This document shows, piece by piece, positions 29,455-39,778 of a DNA stretch of 64,000 nucleotides. Made by a program: the position numbers and the translations under genes. Each line of letters opens with the position of its first letter. Within the stretch, counting starts at the first letter, position 1. The notes beneath the pieces are model-generated. The model saw only the letters and a list, made by a program, of their open reading frames with translations. It did not search any database and had not been told where the DNA came from. Source of the DNA: an uncultured bacterium (GTDB lineage: Bacteria > Fidelibacterota > Marinisomatia > Marinisomatales > UBA1611); assembly GCA_965660855.1 (NCBI GenBank), contig CBFIBM010000001.1, positions 352,798-416,797 of the forward strand, read 5' to 3'.

Positions 29455-31829
29455 TGATTGTATCCATAGATTGGTTAAAAGAATTTGTTAATGTAGATGA
29501 TAATGTAGAAGATATCTCTGAAGTATTATCAAATCTAGGACTTGAAGCAGAAATTTCTTCGGTTCCACTAAATTATCCTGGTGTAAAAGTTGGTTATGTA
29601 GAGAAAACTGTGAAGCATCCTAATGCTGATAAACTACAAGTTTGTGATATTAATGATGGAAATTCAATTAATAAAGTTATTTGTGGTGCACCTAATGTTA
29701 AAGCTGGACAAAATATCGCTTTTGCAACTGTAGGTACTACTTTGCCTGGGAATTTTAAAATTAAAAAAGCTAATATTAGAGGAATAAATTCATATGGCAT
29801 GATTTGCTCTGAGAGGGAATTAAATCTTTCAGATGAACATGAGGGCATAATGATATTGCCCGAAAATTTAACTGTAGGGGATGATTTTAGTTCTGCATAT
29901 GGTTATAAATTTATTTCTGTTGCAATTGATATTACTCCTAATAGGTCAGATGCATTTTCTTATCTAGGTGTAGCCAGAGATATTGCTACTTATAAAAATA
30001 AACCACTAAAGAAAATAAAAGTCAATAAAAGAAAACCCTATTCCAATAGAAGTGTGCAAATATCTATTGAAGATTTAACTGATTGCCCTAGATACATAGC
30101 TGGAGTTATTAATAACATAAAAGTTAAAAGTAGCCCCGAATGGATTATTGAAAGATTAAAAGCCTCAGGTTTAAGAAGTATAAATAATATTGTTGATATT
30201 TCAAATCTGGTAATGTTGGAGATGGGACATCCCTCCCATATATTTGATTATGAATCATTACATACTAATAAAATCCATATTAGAAGGTCTAAAAATGGAG
30301 AAACTTTTAAAACTTTAGATGATAAAATACATAATTTAAAAAAAGAAAATTTATTAATTACTGATGGTGAAAAACCTATTGCTCTAGCCGGGTTAATGGG
30401 TGGTGCGAATTCATCAATTAGTTCCAAAACTAAATCTGTATTAGTTGAATGTGCATATTTTAACCCGATTACGATTAGGAAGAGTTCAAAAGTTTTAGGA
30501 TTATCCACAGATGCATCAAAAAGGTTTGAGCGGGGAGCAGATCCAAATAGTTGCGAATATGCATTTTGGAGGATTGTAAATCTTATTGAAATTTACGCGA
30601 GTGGTACTTTAGAATCAGAAATGATTGATAACTACCCTGAAATTATTGAGAAAAAAATTATTAATTTAGATGTTGAAGAGATTGAAAATGTTTTAGGAGT
30701 TAAAATTCCTATTTCCAAAATAGAAAGTATTTTAATTGGACTAGAAATTGAACTTAAAAAGAATAAGGGTGGGTATATTTGTACTGTACCTACTTTTAGG
30801 CCTGATTTGACTCGACAAATTGATATTATTGAGGAAGTAGCGAGGGTTTATGGTTATGATTCCATACCGATAAAAAATTCAATAAACGGGAATTTCAGAT
30901 TTTCAAATCCTGATCCTGAAAAAAATTATGACCTTTTACGAACTTATTGCTCTGGATTGGGCTTTAATCAGATATATTCAAACTCACTTCAAAATAAAAC
31001 TGAATCCAGCAGATCTGGAATTAACCCAGTAAAAATGATGAATCCACTAAATAAAGAAATGGGCTATTTAAGGACTGAATTAATTACAGGTTTAATAAAG
31101 GCTTCAACTTTTAATATAAATCATGGTGCTTCAAATTTTAAATTATTTGAATTGTCAAATGTTCATGAACAGAAAGGAGAAAAATTAAATGCTATTATTG
31201 AATCAAAACATTTAGCTGGAATTATTTATGGAAAAAATGATAATAATAATATACATAATATAAATTTTAGTGAAGATATTTATGTTCTAAAAGGAGTGTT
31301 AAGTTTTTTATTTGAGAAAAAGTTTATTACAAATCTAGAATATGAAAGGGATAAACATTCATTATTTAATGATTCATATTCAATTATTATAAATAAGAAA
31401 AAAGTTGGACATATTGGTCAAATCTCTGTACCTAATATGTCAGATATAAAAGCTAATTTAGATTCACTTCATGGGTTTTACGTTAACTTAGAACCGATTA
31501 AAGGAATGTTAAATAGTAAAAAATTATATAAAAAAATAAATTTATTACCTCAATTACAAAGAGATTTAAATTTAGTTTTACCTCATAATCAAAATATAGG
31601 TGAGCTAGTAAACCTAATATCTAAAATAGGAAGAAATTTAGTAAAATCTGTCAAACCTATCGATATTTTTATAGATGAAAAAGCTCTTGGAAACCAATCT
31701 AAGAGTGTTACTTTCTCTATTATTTTTCAACATAAGACTAAAACACTTAAAGATAAAGATGTAAATCCTATTATTAATGAAATTATAAATGTTGCTGAAA
31801 ATGAGTTTAGTGCTAAATTAAGAGTATGA
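29451..31829 (+). CDS. pheT: Phenylalanine--tRNA ligase beta subunit
   Basis: KHPNADKL, CGAPNV, ITPNRSD, DASKRFERG. Confidence 0.98.
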   Translation: MMIVSIDWLKEFVNVDDNVEDISEVLSNLGLEAEISSVPLNYPGVKVGYVEKTVKHPNADKLQVCDINDGNSINKVICGAPNVKAGQNIAFATVGTTLPGNFKIKKANIRGINSYGMICSERELNLSDEHEGIMILPENLTVGDDFSSAYGYKFISVAIDITPNRSDAFSYLGVARDIATYKNKPLKKIKVNKRKPYSNRSVQISIEDLTDCPRYIAGVINNIKVKSSPEWIIERLKASGLRSINNIVDISNLVMLEMGHPSHIFDYESLHTNKIHIRRSKNGETFKTLDDKIHNLKKENLLITDGEKPIALAGLMGGANSSISSKTKSVLVECAYFNPITIRKSSKVLGLSTDASKRFERGADPNSCEYAFWRIVNLIEIYASGTLESEMIDNYPEIIEKKIINLDVEEIENVLGVKIPISKIESILIGLEIELKKNKGGYICTVPTFRPDLTRQIDIIEEVARVYGYDSIPIKNSINGNFRFSNPDPEKNYDLLRTYCSGLGFNQIYSNSLQNKTESSRSGINPVKMMNPLNKEMGYLRTELITGLIKASTFNINHGASNFKLFELSNVHEQKGEKLNAIIESKHLAGIIYGKNDNNNIHNINFSEDIYVLKGVLSFLFEKKFITNLEYERDKHSLFNDSYSIIINKKKVGHIGQISVPNMSDIKANLDSLHGFYVNLEPIKGMLNSKKLYKKINLLPQLQRDLNLVLPHNQNIGELVNLISKIGRNLVKSVKPIDIFIDEKALGNQSKSVTFSIIFQHKTKTLKDKDVNPIINEIINVAENEFSAKLRV

Positions 31830-32011
31830 AAGATAAATCATTACTTCATGAATTAGATCTCAAGGTTAGGCAATTAGTTGCATCCTTGGAAAGAGAGAAA
31901 GCTAAAAATATAAATTCAAATGAAGCAGAAGCTGCTACAAAAAAGTTAGGTTTAGTGAAATCTAAGATTGAAAACTTAGTTTCCTTAATTGATCAATTGG
32001 AGAGTGTTTAG
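31826..32011 (+). CDS. Small coiled-coil protein, ZapB-like
   Basis: 61 aa coiled coil between pheT and zapA. Confidence 0.6.
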   Translation: MKDKSLLHELDLKVRQLVASLEREKAKNINSNEAEAATKKLGLVKSKIENLVSLIDQLESV

Positions 32012-32302
32012 ATGTCAGAAGATAATAACCAAGTTAAAATTTCTATCTTTGGTCAAGAATATTCCGTTAAAGCACCAGCTGACCCTGAATATATAAAAAA
32101 AATTGCAGAATTTCTTGATGGGAAAATGAGAGAGGTACAGTCTGGATTTTCGACTACTCAATCATCCACCAGAATTGCAATTTTAGCAGGGATGAACATA
32201 ACTGATGAATTGTTTAACGCCAGACAATCTGGTGAATCAACAGATAATGATACAGAACAAAAAATTTCTTCACTCATCGATCTTATCGATGAGACTTTAT
32301 AG
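32012..32302 (+). CDS. zapA: Cell division protein ZapA
   Basis: VKISIFGQEY, IAILAGMNITDEL. Confidence 0.92.
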   Translation: MSEDNNQVKISIFGQEYSVKAPADPEYIKKIAEFLDGKMREVQSGFSTTQSSTRIAILAGMNITDELFNARQSGESTDNDTEQKISSLIDLIDETL

Positions 32303-32322
32303 CTAATAAATATACATTTTAA

Positions 32323-33222
32323 ATGAGTGATCCGAAAATTTTATCTGGTAAGGATGTAAGTATTGATGTCTATAAAAGTTTATCAAAAAGAATAAAATTA
32401 TTAAAAGATAAAAAAATTATTCCTAGTTTAGCTGTTATTCTCGTTGGTGATAATCCCGCTTCTAGTGTTTATGTTAGGTCTAAAGCAAAAACATTTAAAA
32501 AGCTTAACTTATTTAGCAAAACTTTTACTCTTTCTTCAGATGTATCTTCCGAAGATTTATTAGATTTAATATTTAAATTAAATCAAAATGTTAAATATCA
32601 TGGGATATTAGTTCAGCTTCCTCTTCCAAAACATATTAATTCTCAAAAAATAATTGATTCTATAAGTCCAGAAAAGGATGTTGACGGGTTTCATCCACAA
32701 AATGTAGGTCTACTTACCATTGGAAACCCCAGATTTATACCATGTACTCCCAAGGGAATTATGCGTATCTTGGAATACTATTCAATCTCTCTTGAAGGAA
32801 AACATGTTGTCATAGTCGGACGTAGCAATATTGTCGGCAGGCCAATTTCCATTCTTTGCAGTCACAAAGGTTTAAATAAAAATGCCACTGTCACAATTTG
32901 TCACTCTGGATCTAAAGATATTTCAAATTATACTAGAGTAGCAGATGTAGTGATGGTTGCTTTAGGGGTTCCTAATTTTCTTTCTGCAGAAATGATTAAA
33001 AAAGATGCAATTATTATTGATGTTGGAATAAATAGAGTTGAATCACGTACTGTATCAAAAGGATATGAATTGGTTGGGGATGCTGATTTTAAAAATCTTA
33101 TAAAAAAAGTTTCTTCTATTACTCCTGTTCCAGGCGGTGTTGGTCCTATGACAATTGCAATGCTAGTTGAAAATACTGTAGAGTCAGCCGAAGCTATGTA
33201 TAAATTTAATACTATTTCATAG
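32323..33222 (+). CDS. folD: Bifunctional methylenetetrahydrofolate dehydrogenase/cyclohydrolase
   Basis: HGILVQLPLP, KDVDGFHP, PCTP, TPVPGGVGPMT. Confidence 0.98.
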   Translation: MSDPKILSGKDVSIDVYKSLSKRIKLLKDKKIIPSLAVILVGDNPASSVYVRSKAKTFKKLNLFSKTFTLSSDVSSEDLLDLIFKLNQNVKYHGILVQLPLPKHINSQKIIDSISPEKDVDGFHPQNVGLLTIGNPRFIPCTPKGIMRILEYYSISLEGKHVVIVGRSNIVGRPISILCSHKGLNKNATVTICHSGSKDISNYTRVADVVMVALGVPNFLSAEMIKKDAIIIDVGINRVESRTVSKGYELVGDADFKNLIKKVSSITPVPGGVGPMTIAMLVENTVESAEAMYKFNTIS

Positions 33223-33295
33223 CGCCCGTAGCTCAGCTGGATAGAGCATTAGATTCCGGTTCTAAAGGTCACAGGTTCAAATCCTGTCGGGCGCA
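33222..33295 (+). tRNA. tRNA-Arg(CCG)
   Basis: Acceptor GCGCCCG/CGGGCGC; anticodon arm TTAGA-TTCCGGT-TCTAA; GGTTCAA; CCA not encoded. Confidence 0.96.
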
Positions 33296-33337
33296 CTATT
33301 AATGTTAATTTAATATAAATACCTAAAAAGGATAATT

Positions 33338-34414
33338 ATCAAAAAGAATACAATATTAGGAATAGCTATTTGTTTAATATTATCATTGGCAAGCTACCTT
33401 ATAAAGGATTCTATTACTGTTAATATTTTCAGATTGCCTAAAAATACGATTTCACCAATTACTTTAGCCATAATCGGGGGCTTATTTCTAAGACAATTTT
33501 TTGATTATTTTTCAGTGTTTGATGATGGTTATCAATACTGTATTAAAAAATTATTAAAAATAGGAATAATTTTACTCGGTATGAGATTAAGCTTTTTACA
33601 AATGCTTGATGTATCATTTGCATCTGTTTTGATAGTTATTCCAATTATTATTCTTACTATTACAAGTGTTTTAACCATAAGTAAATATTTAAAAATTCAA
33701 AGAAGATTATCTATATTGATCGCAGTTGGTACTAGTATTTGCGGTGCATCTGCGATTGCAGCTGCATCACCAGCAATAAATGCAAAAAAAGAAGAAATGT
33801 CCTATGCAATAGCTAACATAACGTTATTCGGTTTATTCAGTATGATTTGCTATCCATATTTTGCAAATATTATATTTCCAGAAAATTCTTTTGCCGTTGG
33901 ATTATTTTTAGGCTCTGCAATTCATGATACTTCACAGGTAACTGGTGCAGCAATGATTTATGACCAAGTTTTTATGAGTTCTGATGTATTAAACATAGCA
34001 ACAGTTACAAAACTATTAAGAAATACTGCAATGGTCGCTGTAATTCCATTTTTAGCCATAAAATTTACCTCATCAGATCATAAAATAAAAAGGTCAAGAA
34101 ATATTTTTAAACTGTTTCCAATGTTTATTTTAGGTTTTATATTTTTTGTTTTTTTAAGAAGTCTTGGAGATTTCTTTTTCCTTGAAGGTAAGTATATATT
34201 TGGATATTTGAATACAGATAATTGGATGAAAAGTATTTCTATTCTATCATTTTTATCAAAATTTTTATTAACTACTTCTATGGCAGCGATTGGGTTATCA
34301 ACTAATTTAAGAGTTCTTAAAAATATGGGTTTGAAAACTTTTTATTTTGGTTTTACCATTTGTTGTTTTGTTGGTTTAATTTCTATTACAATAATTAAAA
34401 TTATTATCATTTAA
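33338..34414 (+). CDS. YeiH family (putative sulfate exporter) membrane protein; start uncertain
   Basis: GTSICGASAIAA, IHDTSQV, TVTKLLRN; frame open upstream of TTG 33386 with a TM helix. Confidence 0.88.
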   Translation: MKKNTILGIAICLILSLASYLIKDSITVNIFRLPKNTISPITLAIIGGLFLRQFFDYFSVFDDGYQYCIKKLLKIGIILLGMRLSFLQMLDVSFASVLIVIPIIILTITSVLTISKYLKIQRRLSILIAVGTSICGASAIAAASPAINAKKEEMSYAIANITLFGLFSMICYPYFANIIFPENSFAVGLFLGSAIHDTSQVTGAAMIYDQVFMSSDVLNIATVTKLLRNTAMVAVIPFLAIKFTSSDHKIKRSRNIFKLFPMFILGFIFFVFLRSLGDFFFLEGKYIFGYLNTDNWMKSISILSFLSKFLLTTSMAAIGLSTNLRVLKNMGLKTFYFGFTICCFVGLISITIIKIIII

Positions 34415-34419
34415 TATCA

Positions 34420-35085
34420 ATGATTTTTTTTCTTTTATTATTTTTTAAAATCTCTTTCCTTTTTGGGGCTTATCCAAATAAGGAAGACATTTCTTCCTTT
34501 TTAAATGCAAAATTTAGTGGTGATACTTCTCTGGTTAATGAGTACATATCTGATAATTTTATTTATTATCATGCTCCGTTTATTGGATTAGGAATAAAAG
34601 CTTTTTATGTAGATGGTGGATTGTTAGTAACGGATGTATTCAATGATTCATTACAAACAAATTTATCAGTGGGAGATAGAATACATGAATTTAATGGTCA
34701 TACTGTGAATAAAGAAGGTATACTTATTAAAGGAGCAGTTGGAGATATCCAAGAATTAATAATTACCAAGAAAGATTCTTCTTCTTTTTCGAGCCTTAAG
34801 ATACCTCTCTCAATTATAAGAGAAAGTGAAAACTCTTCAACCTTTCTAAAAAATATTAAAAGTTATTCTGATTTATGGTATGATTATGATTTTACACTAA
34901 ACGAGTTTTTTTCAAAAAAAAATAAGATTTTCATCCATTATAGTTGGGAAGGATCACTGGAGGAAAATTCTAATGTATATCATTTTGATGCATTCGAAGT
35001 ATTTACTACTGATAAAAAAACTGGATTAATTTTAGATTCAAAATCCTTGTGGAACGAATTACAGTTTAGAAATCAATTTAAATAG
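34420..35085 (+). CDS. Secreted hypothetical protein, SnoaL/NTF2-like fold with PDZ-like insert
   Basis: Signal peptide; FIGLGI..LLVTDV..LSVGDRIHEFNG flanked by SnoaL-like segments. Confidence 0.5.
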   Translation: MIFFLLLFFKISFLFGAYPNKEDISSFLNAKFSGDTSLVNEYISDNFIYYHAPFIGLGIKAFYVDGGLLVTDVFNDSLQTNLSVGDRIHEFNGHTVNKEGILIKGAVGDIQELIITKKDSSSFSSLKIPLSIIRESENSSTFLKNIKSYSDLWYDYDFTLNEFFSKKNKIFIHYSWEGSLEENSNVYHFDAFEVFTTDKKTGLILDSKSLWNELQFRNQFK

Positions 35086-35869
35086 AGTTTAGCTCTTTTA
35101 AAAGTTGATGGTAAATATTAGGGTTGGCCACAACAATGTTTTTATCGGTATTTAGATTATACTTTTCTCCATTTATTTTCGAAACTATACATCCCGATTC
35201 TTGTGCTATTAAAATACCTGCTGCAGTATCCCACGGATAAAGATCATATTCCCAGAATCCATCAATTTTCCCCTCTGCTACGTGACAGATATCTATTGCA
35301 GCAGCACCTAACCTTCGAACGCCTTGTGTTAAGCCAGTTAAATGTTTAAATAATTTCATATTTTTATTCCATAATTCACCATGCTCGTAACCGAACCCTG
35401 TAGTTAGTAAAGAATGAATTAATTCTGAAGTAGTGGAACAAAAAATTCTACTGCCCTCACAATATGCACCTTCTGAATCTATTGCAGAATAAAGTTTAAT
35501 ATTTGGCATTTCTAATACTGCTGCAATTAAGGGTCTGTTCTTATATAATAATCCTATGGAAACTGCAAAACAAGGATATCTGTGTACAAAATTTGTTGTT
35601 CCATCCAAAGGATCAATTACCCATAAAAAATCAGAGTTGTTTAAAACTTTTCCTGATTCTTCAGCTAAAAAGCTATGGTCAGGGTAGGATGATTGGATTA
35701 TCTTTTTTATTAGTTTTTCAGAACTTTTATCCGTTTCGGTAACTAAGTTTGTTCTACCTTTCTGATCAATAGTTTTTGGACCATCGAGTGCTTCCATAAT
35801 AAGGTTTGAAGCTGCAATTGCCGCTTCTACAGCCACATCAAGTAATTTATTTTTGTTTGTAAGGGACAT
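35078..35869 (-). CDS. suhB: Inositol monophosphatase
   Basis: LVTETD, WVIDPLDGTTNF, RRLGAAA, PWDTAAG. Confidence 0.93.
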   Translation of the reverse strand: MSLTNKNKLLDVAVEAAIAASNLIMEALDGPKTIDQKGRTNLVTETDKSSEKLIKKIIQSSYPDHSFLAEESGKVLNNSDFLWVIDPLDGTTNFVHRYPCFAVSIGLLYKNRPLIAAVLEMPNIKLYSAIDSEGAYCEGSRIFCSTTSELIHSLLTTGFGYEHGELWNKNMKLFKHLTGLTQGVRRLGAAAIDICHVAEGKIDGFWEYDLYPWDTAAGILIAQESGCIVSKINGEKYNLNTDKNIVVANPNIYHQLLKELNSI

Positions 35870-37427
35870 GCTTTAACGAGAAATATTCTTTTGTAATTAG
35901 TTTTGTTGTTCCAATTAGCAAGACAATAGATATTAAATTTGGAAAAGTCATCATCCCAAGGCATGCATCTCCAAAAGCCCATACAGTTTCTAATTCTGCA
36001 ATAGCCCCAATAAAAACAAATAAAACATATATGTATAGGTAAGGTTTAATTGCTTTTTCACCAAATAAATAAACTGCAGATCTATTTCCATAAAATGACC
36101 ATGCAATCGCAGTAGAAATAGCAAAAAGAAGAACAGAAAACGTAACTATCTTATCCCCAGAATTAAAAAGAAAGCTAAGACCATTTTTAAACGCAAGAGA
36201 TGTAAGTAGACTACTATTAAGGAGCTCCCGTCCTTGGAAATAACCAGCTTCCAACGCACGCTGAACTTCTTGTATTGAGTTTGCAGAAATTTTAACATAA
36301 AATTCAGTGTGCATCCAAGTATCTGTAGAAATAATCACTAATGCTGTCATCGTGCAAATGATTAGGGTATCAATATAGGGCCCTAACATTGCTACTGCAC
36401 CTTCACGTACGGGATATTTTGTCTTTGCTGTACTGTGTGCTATTGCTGCAGATCCTTGTCCTGCTTCATTTGAATAGAGGCCTCTTTTAATACCCCAAAG
36501 CATAGTCATAAGGATTCCACCACTTGTACCCGCAACGGTTGCAGGTGGATTAAAAGCCATTTGTATGATTAAACTAAAACTATTAGAAATTTTATCAATA
36601 TTATAAAGTATAATGGTTGCCGCTGCAGTTACATATATTAAAGCCATAAAAGGCGCTAAAAATCCAGTAAATGTACCAATTCTACTGATACCTCCAATTA
36701 TGACAGCTGCGACTATAATAGCTAATAAAATACCTATAAAAAATTGGAAATAAGATAATTGAAAACCATCCCATATTTCATGTTTTATAATAATAGGATG
36801 TGCATTACCTATTATGCTAGTTGCTTCAGAGTATAACTGATCGGAAACGGTAAAAGATTGAATGGCATTCCCTGTCGCAAACGAGCAAATAACAGCAAAA
36901 GAAGCAAATGCAACTGCCATCCATCTCCAATTTTTACCTAACCCATTTTCAATAGTATACATAGGACCACCCGCAGTGTTGCCCAATGCATCCATTTCTC
37001 TATATTTTAGTGAGAGTGTACATTCTGCAAATTTGAGAGTAGTTCCAAAAAATGCAGTGATCCACATCCAAAAAACTGCACCTGGACCACCATAATAAAT
37101 AGCTGTTGCGACCCCAGCTATATTTCCTATTCCAACTGTTGCAGATAAAGCTGTTGTCAAGGCTTTAAAATGATTTAAATCGCCTTCATCATTAGGGTTA
37201 TCGTATACCCCTTTCGTTACCTCAATTCCATGTTTAAGATATCGAATCTGTGGAAATCCAAGTTTAATTGTGACATAAACACCAGCGCCTACAAGAGCTA
37301 TAACCATAATTGGTACGGATCGATTGCTTGGAAAAGACCATACCATATCAAAAACCTTTAGTCCAAACGCATACATTATAAAAATAATAATACTAAAACT
37401 TATTAATCCTGCTGTCCTTCTATCCAT
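35847..37427 (-). CDS. Sodium:alanine/glycine symporter (AlsT/AgcS family)
   Basis: ATVGIGNIAGVA, GGPGAVFWMW, RGLYSNEAGQGSA, IDTLIICTMT. Confidence 0.95.
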   Translation of the reverse strand: MDRRTAGLISFSIIIFIMYAFGLKVFDMVWSFPSNRSVPIMVIALVGAGVYVTIKLGFPQIRYLKHGIEVTKGVYDNPNDEGDLNHFKALTTALSATVGIGNIAGVATAIYYGGPGAVFWMWITAFFGTTLKFAECTLSLKYREMDALGNTAGGPMYTIENGLGKNWRWMAVAFASFAVICSFATGNAIQSFTVSDQLYSEATSIIGNAHPIIIKHEIWDGFQLSYFQFFIGILLAIIVAAVIIGGISRIGTFTGFLAPFMALIYVTAAATIILYNIDKISNSFSLIIQMAFNPPATVAGTSGGILMTMLWGIKRGLYSNEAGQGSAAIAHSTAKTKYPVREGAVAMLGPYIDTLIICTMTALVIISTDTWMHTEFYVKISANSIQEVQRALEAGYFQGRELLNSSLLTSLAFKNGLSFLFNSGDKIVTFSVLLFAISTAIAWSFYGNRSAVYLFGEKAIKPYLYIYVLFVFIGAIAELETVWAFGDACLGMMTFPNLISIVLLIGTTKLITKEYFSLKHVPYKQK

Positions 37428-37510
37428 GAATTCTCCGAAAAATATAAATAAAGTTCTTAAACAACATGTAAAAGTATATTTAGCAAAAAGATATTAAAAG
37501 ACAATTGATT

Positions 37511-38266
37511 TTAATGTATATAATAAGAATAATTAATGGAATTAATTGTAAAAGACAATTTTGATTCGTGTTTTATGTGTTCTTTATACATTAAATATCC
37601 GGCCGTTATACCCATCAAAGCACCAAACATTACATCAGTAGTATAATGATTATCAGATGCAATTCGATAATATCCAGTTAATGATGCTAATGAAAGAGTA
37701 GTTAACCAAATGAAATTTTTACTTTTTGGAAATTGGTTAGAAAGTAATAATGAAGTTGACGTTCCAATTGCAAATACTGTACTTGTGTGACCGCTGTAAA
37801 ATGATTTATATGATTCATTTGTTTTTCTTCTAGAAGAATCATGACGATATATAGGTCTTTCTCTACTTGATATATTCTTTGTAAAATTAGTAATAATTCC
37901 ATTTACAGAAAGCACATTTAAAAGAAAAAGTATATTTTCGCAATAATCTCTATCTATAATTGAAGCAGAAATGGGAATACTTCCTAATGCAGCTCCATAT
38001 AGTAAGATATCACTATAGAAGTTGGCTTTGTTTAAATTATTTTCTTTCCATTTTATTTTAGATCTAAAAAATGAATCAAATGAATTAACATTTTCTATTT
38101 TATAATTTTGAAAATGGTCGTTCTTTTTTTTATAAACATATTGAGAAAATAATAGTGTAGATAATCCAGCTCCAGTTTTAAAATAATCAATTTCACTAGG
38201 TTTTGAATAACTACTTTCGATAAGGAAGAAAATAGTAAATATTGTTAAATATGCTGGTCTTTTCAA
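37511..38266 (-). CDS. PAP2 family phosphatase
   Basis: KNISSRERP, SFYSGHTS, RIASDNHYTTDV. Confidence 0.88.
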   Translation of the reverse strand: MKRPAYLTIFTIFFLIESSYSKPSEIDYFKTGAGLSTLLFSQYVYKKKNDHFQNYKIENVNSFDSFFRSKIKWKENNLNKANFYSDILLYGAALGSIPISASIIDRDYCENILFLLNVLSVNGIITNFTKNISSRERPIYRHDSSRRKTNESYKSFYSGHTSTVFAIGTSTSLLLSNQFPKSKNFIWLTTLSLASLTGYYRIASDNHYTTDVMFGALMGITAGYLMYKEHIKHESKLSFTINSINYSYYIH

Positions 38267-38337
38267 TAGATTTTTTGTTTTGTTTATAAATATTTACTTT
38301 TTAAATCACATCAAAATTTATTTTAATTTAAACCATA

Positions 38338-38778
38338 ATGGTTATATCAAATTATAATGTTTTTATTATTCATTGTATTGCAACTTTCATTATGGTAGGA
38401 GTTATTTGGGTCATTCAGTTGGTCCATTATCCTTCATTTTACTATATTGATAAGAAAAAATATCAATCTTTTCAAAAATTCCATATGAATAATATTAGTT
38501 ATATAGTAATGCCTACCATGTTAGTCGAATTATGTACTGGGTTCATTTTAATTCTATATTTCAATAATCTTTACGGAAATTTTACTTTTTATTTATCAAT
38601 ATTTTTGCTTTTTTGTATTTGGTTAATTACAGGGATTATTTTCACAAAACTCCATAATAAGCTACTAGAAGGTTATGATGAATTAATTATTAAAAAAATG
38701 ATAGAATGGAATTGGAGTAGGACGCTATTTTGGACATTTAGATTTGTTTTATTATCCTATTCTTTTTATTTGGCATAA
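38338..38778 (+). CDS. Conserved hypothetical membrane protein
   Basis: GVIWVIQLVHYP, NWSRTLFW; multiple TMs. Confidence 0.65.
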   Translation: MVISNYNVFIIHCIATFIMVGVIWVIQLVHYPSFYYIDKKKYQSFQKFHMNNISYIVMPTMLVELCTGFILILYFNNLYGNFTFYLSIFLLFCIWLITGIIFTKLHNKLLEGYDELIIKKMIEWNWSRTLFWTFRFVLLSYSFYLA

Positions 38779-38783
38779 AAAAA

Positions 38784-39302
38784 TTGAAAAATAAAATTCT
38801 AATTTTATTATTTGTATTTTCATTCTCAATTTTTGGAGATACCAACAATAGCAGCATAAAGCCTATTAAGGAATTAATAAAATTTGAAAAGTTTCTCGGA
38901 AAAACATTTATAGCAAGTATAGAAGATAAAAGAAATGATTCCCTTGGTTATGAGATTAATAGATGGGAATTAGCTTTTAAAGGTGATGCAATTAAAATAT
39001 ATCAGAAAATTAATAGTAATGAGTTAATTGGAGAAAGCACTATTATGTTTGACCAAGAAATTGAACAATTTTCATGTTGGTATTTTAGTTCTGGTGGTGT
39101 TTCAAGAAAATTAAAATTAATTAATAATGATAACCAAATCATTTTTCTTGAAGATGTGAGCAAAAACAATAACAGTATTACCAAAATAAGAATAAAATAC
39201 GAATTTATTAAAATTGATACTTATATTAAAATAACTCAATATTTAATAAATAACGTATGGACTAACGGATCGGAAGTTTATTTTAGAGAATTACTAGACT
39301 GA
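38784..39302 (+). CDS. Secreted hypothetical beta-rich protein
   Basis: Signal peptide; 172-aa ORF in operon orientation. Confidence 0.55.
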   Translation: MKNKILILLFVFSFSIFGDTNNSSIKPIKELIKFEKFLGKTFIASIEDKRNDSLGYEINRWELAFKGDAIKIYQKINSNELIGESTIMFDQEIEQFSCWYFSSGGVSRKLKLINNDNQIIFLEDVSKNNNSITKIRIKYEFIKIDTYIKITQYLINNVWTNGSEVYFRELLD

Positions 39303-39354
39303 AAAAGTATTTTTAATTAATCAATAAAATTTAGTATAATCATTGTAATAAATT

Positions 39355-39720
39355 ATGGAGTTTCTAATGAAATATATAATTCTTCTAGCAATAACATTAT
39401 CTTCTTTTTCATTTTCCAAAGAAAATACTACATATCTCAAAGTAAATGGTATGCAATGCAGCTACTCGTGTGCAGAAAAAGTAAGTAAGGTAGTTCAAAA
39501 AATTGATGGTGTCAAAGAATGTTCTGTTGACTTCGCCGGTGGAGTTGCTACAGTGGTTTATGATGATCAAAAACTCGAATCAAAAGACATTATTACTACC
39601 GTTCAAGTAAGCACTTCATATACAGCATCAGAAATGTGCGATAAGTCAAAGGCAACATACATTGGTGGATCGGGACAATGTGATCCTACAAAGAAGAAGA
39701 GCAAAGCACAAGAAATTTAG
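39355..39720 (+). CDS. Exported heavy-metal-associated (HMA) domain protein
   Basis: Signal peptide; LKVNGMQCSYSCAEKV..IDGV..VDF. Confidence 0.85.
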   Translation: MEFLMKYIILLAITLSSFSFSKENTTYLKVNGMQCSYSCAEKVSKVVQKIDGVKECSVDFAGGVATVVYDDQKLESKDIITTVQVSTSYTASEMCDKSKATYIGGSGQCDPTKKKSKAQEI

Positions 39721-39733
39721 TATATAACATATT

Positions 39734-39778
39734 GATATAGAGATGAGTCTGATTCTGAATAAAGCTCATCTCTATATC
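39734..39778. terminator. Inverted repeat between convergent genes (probable bidirectional terminator)
   Basis: Perfect 14-bp arms GATATAGAGATGAG / CTCATCTCTATATC with a 17-nt spacer. Confidence 0.65.

Noticed and set aside
32303..32322. 6S RNA, often found after zapA
   Set aside because: Only 20 nt separate zapA and folD
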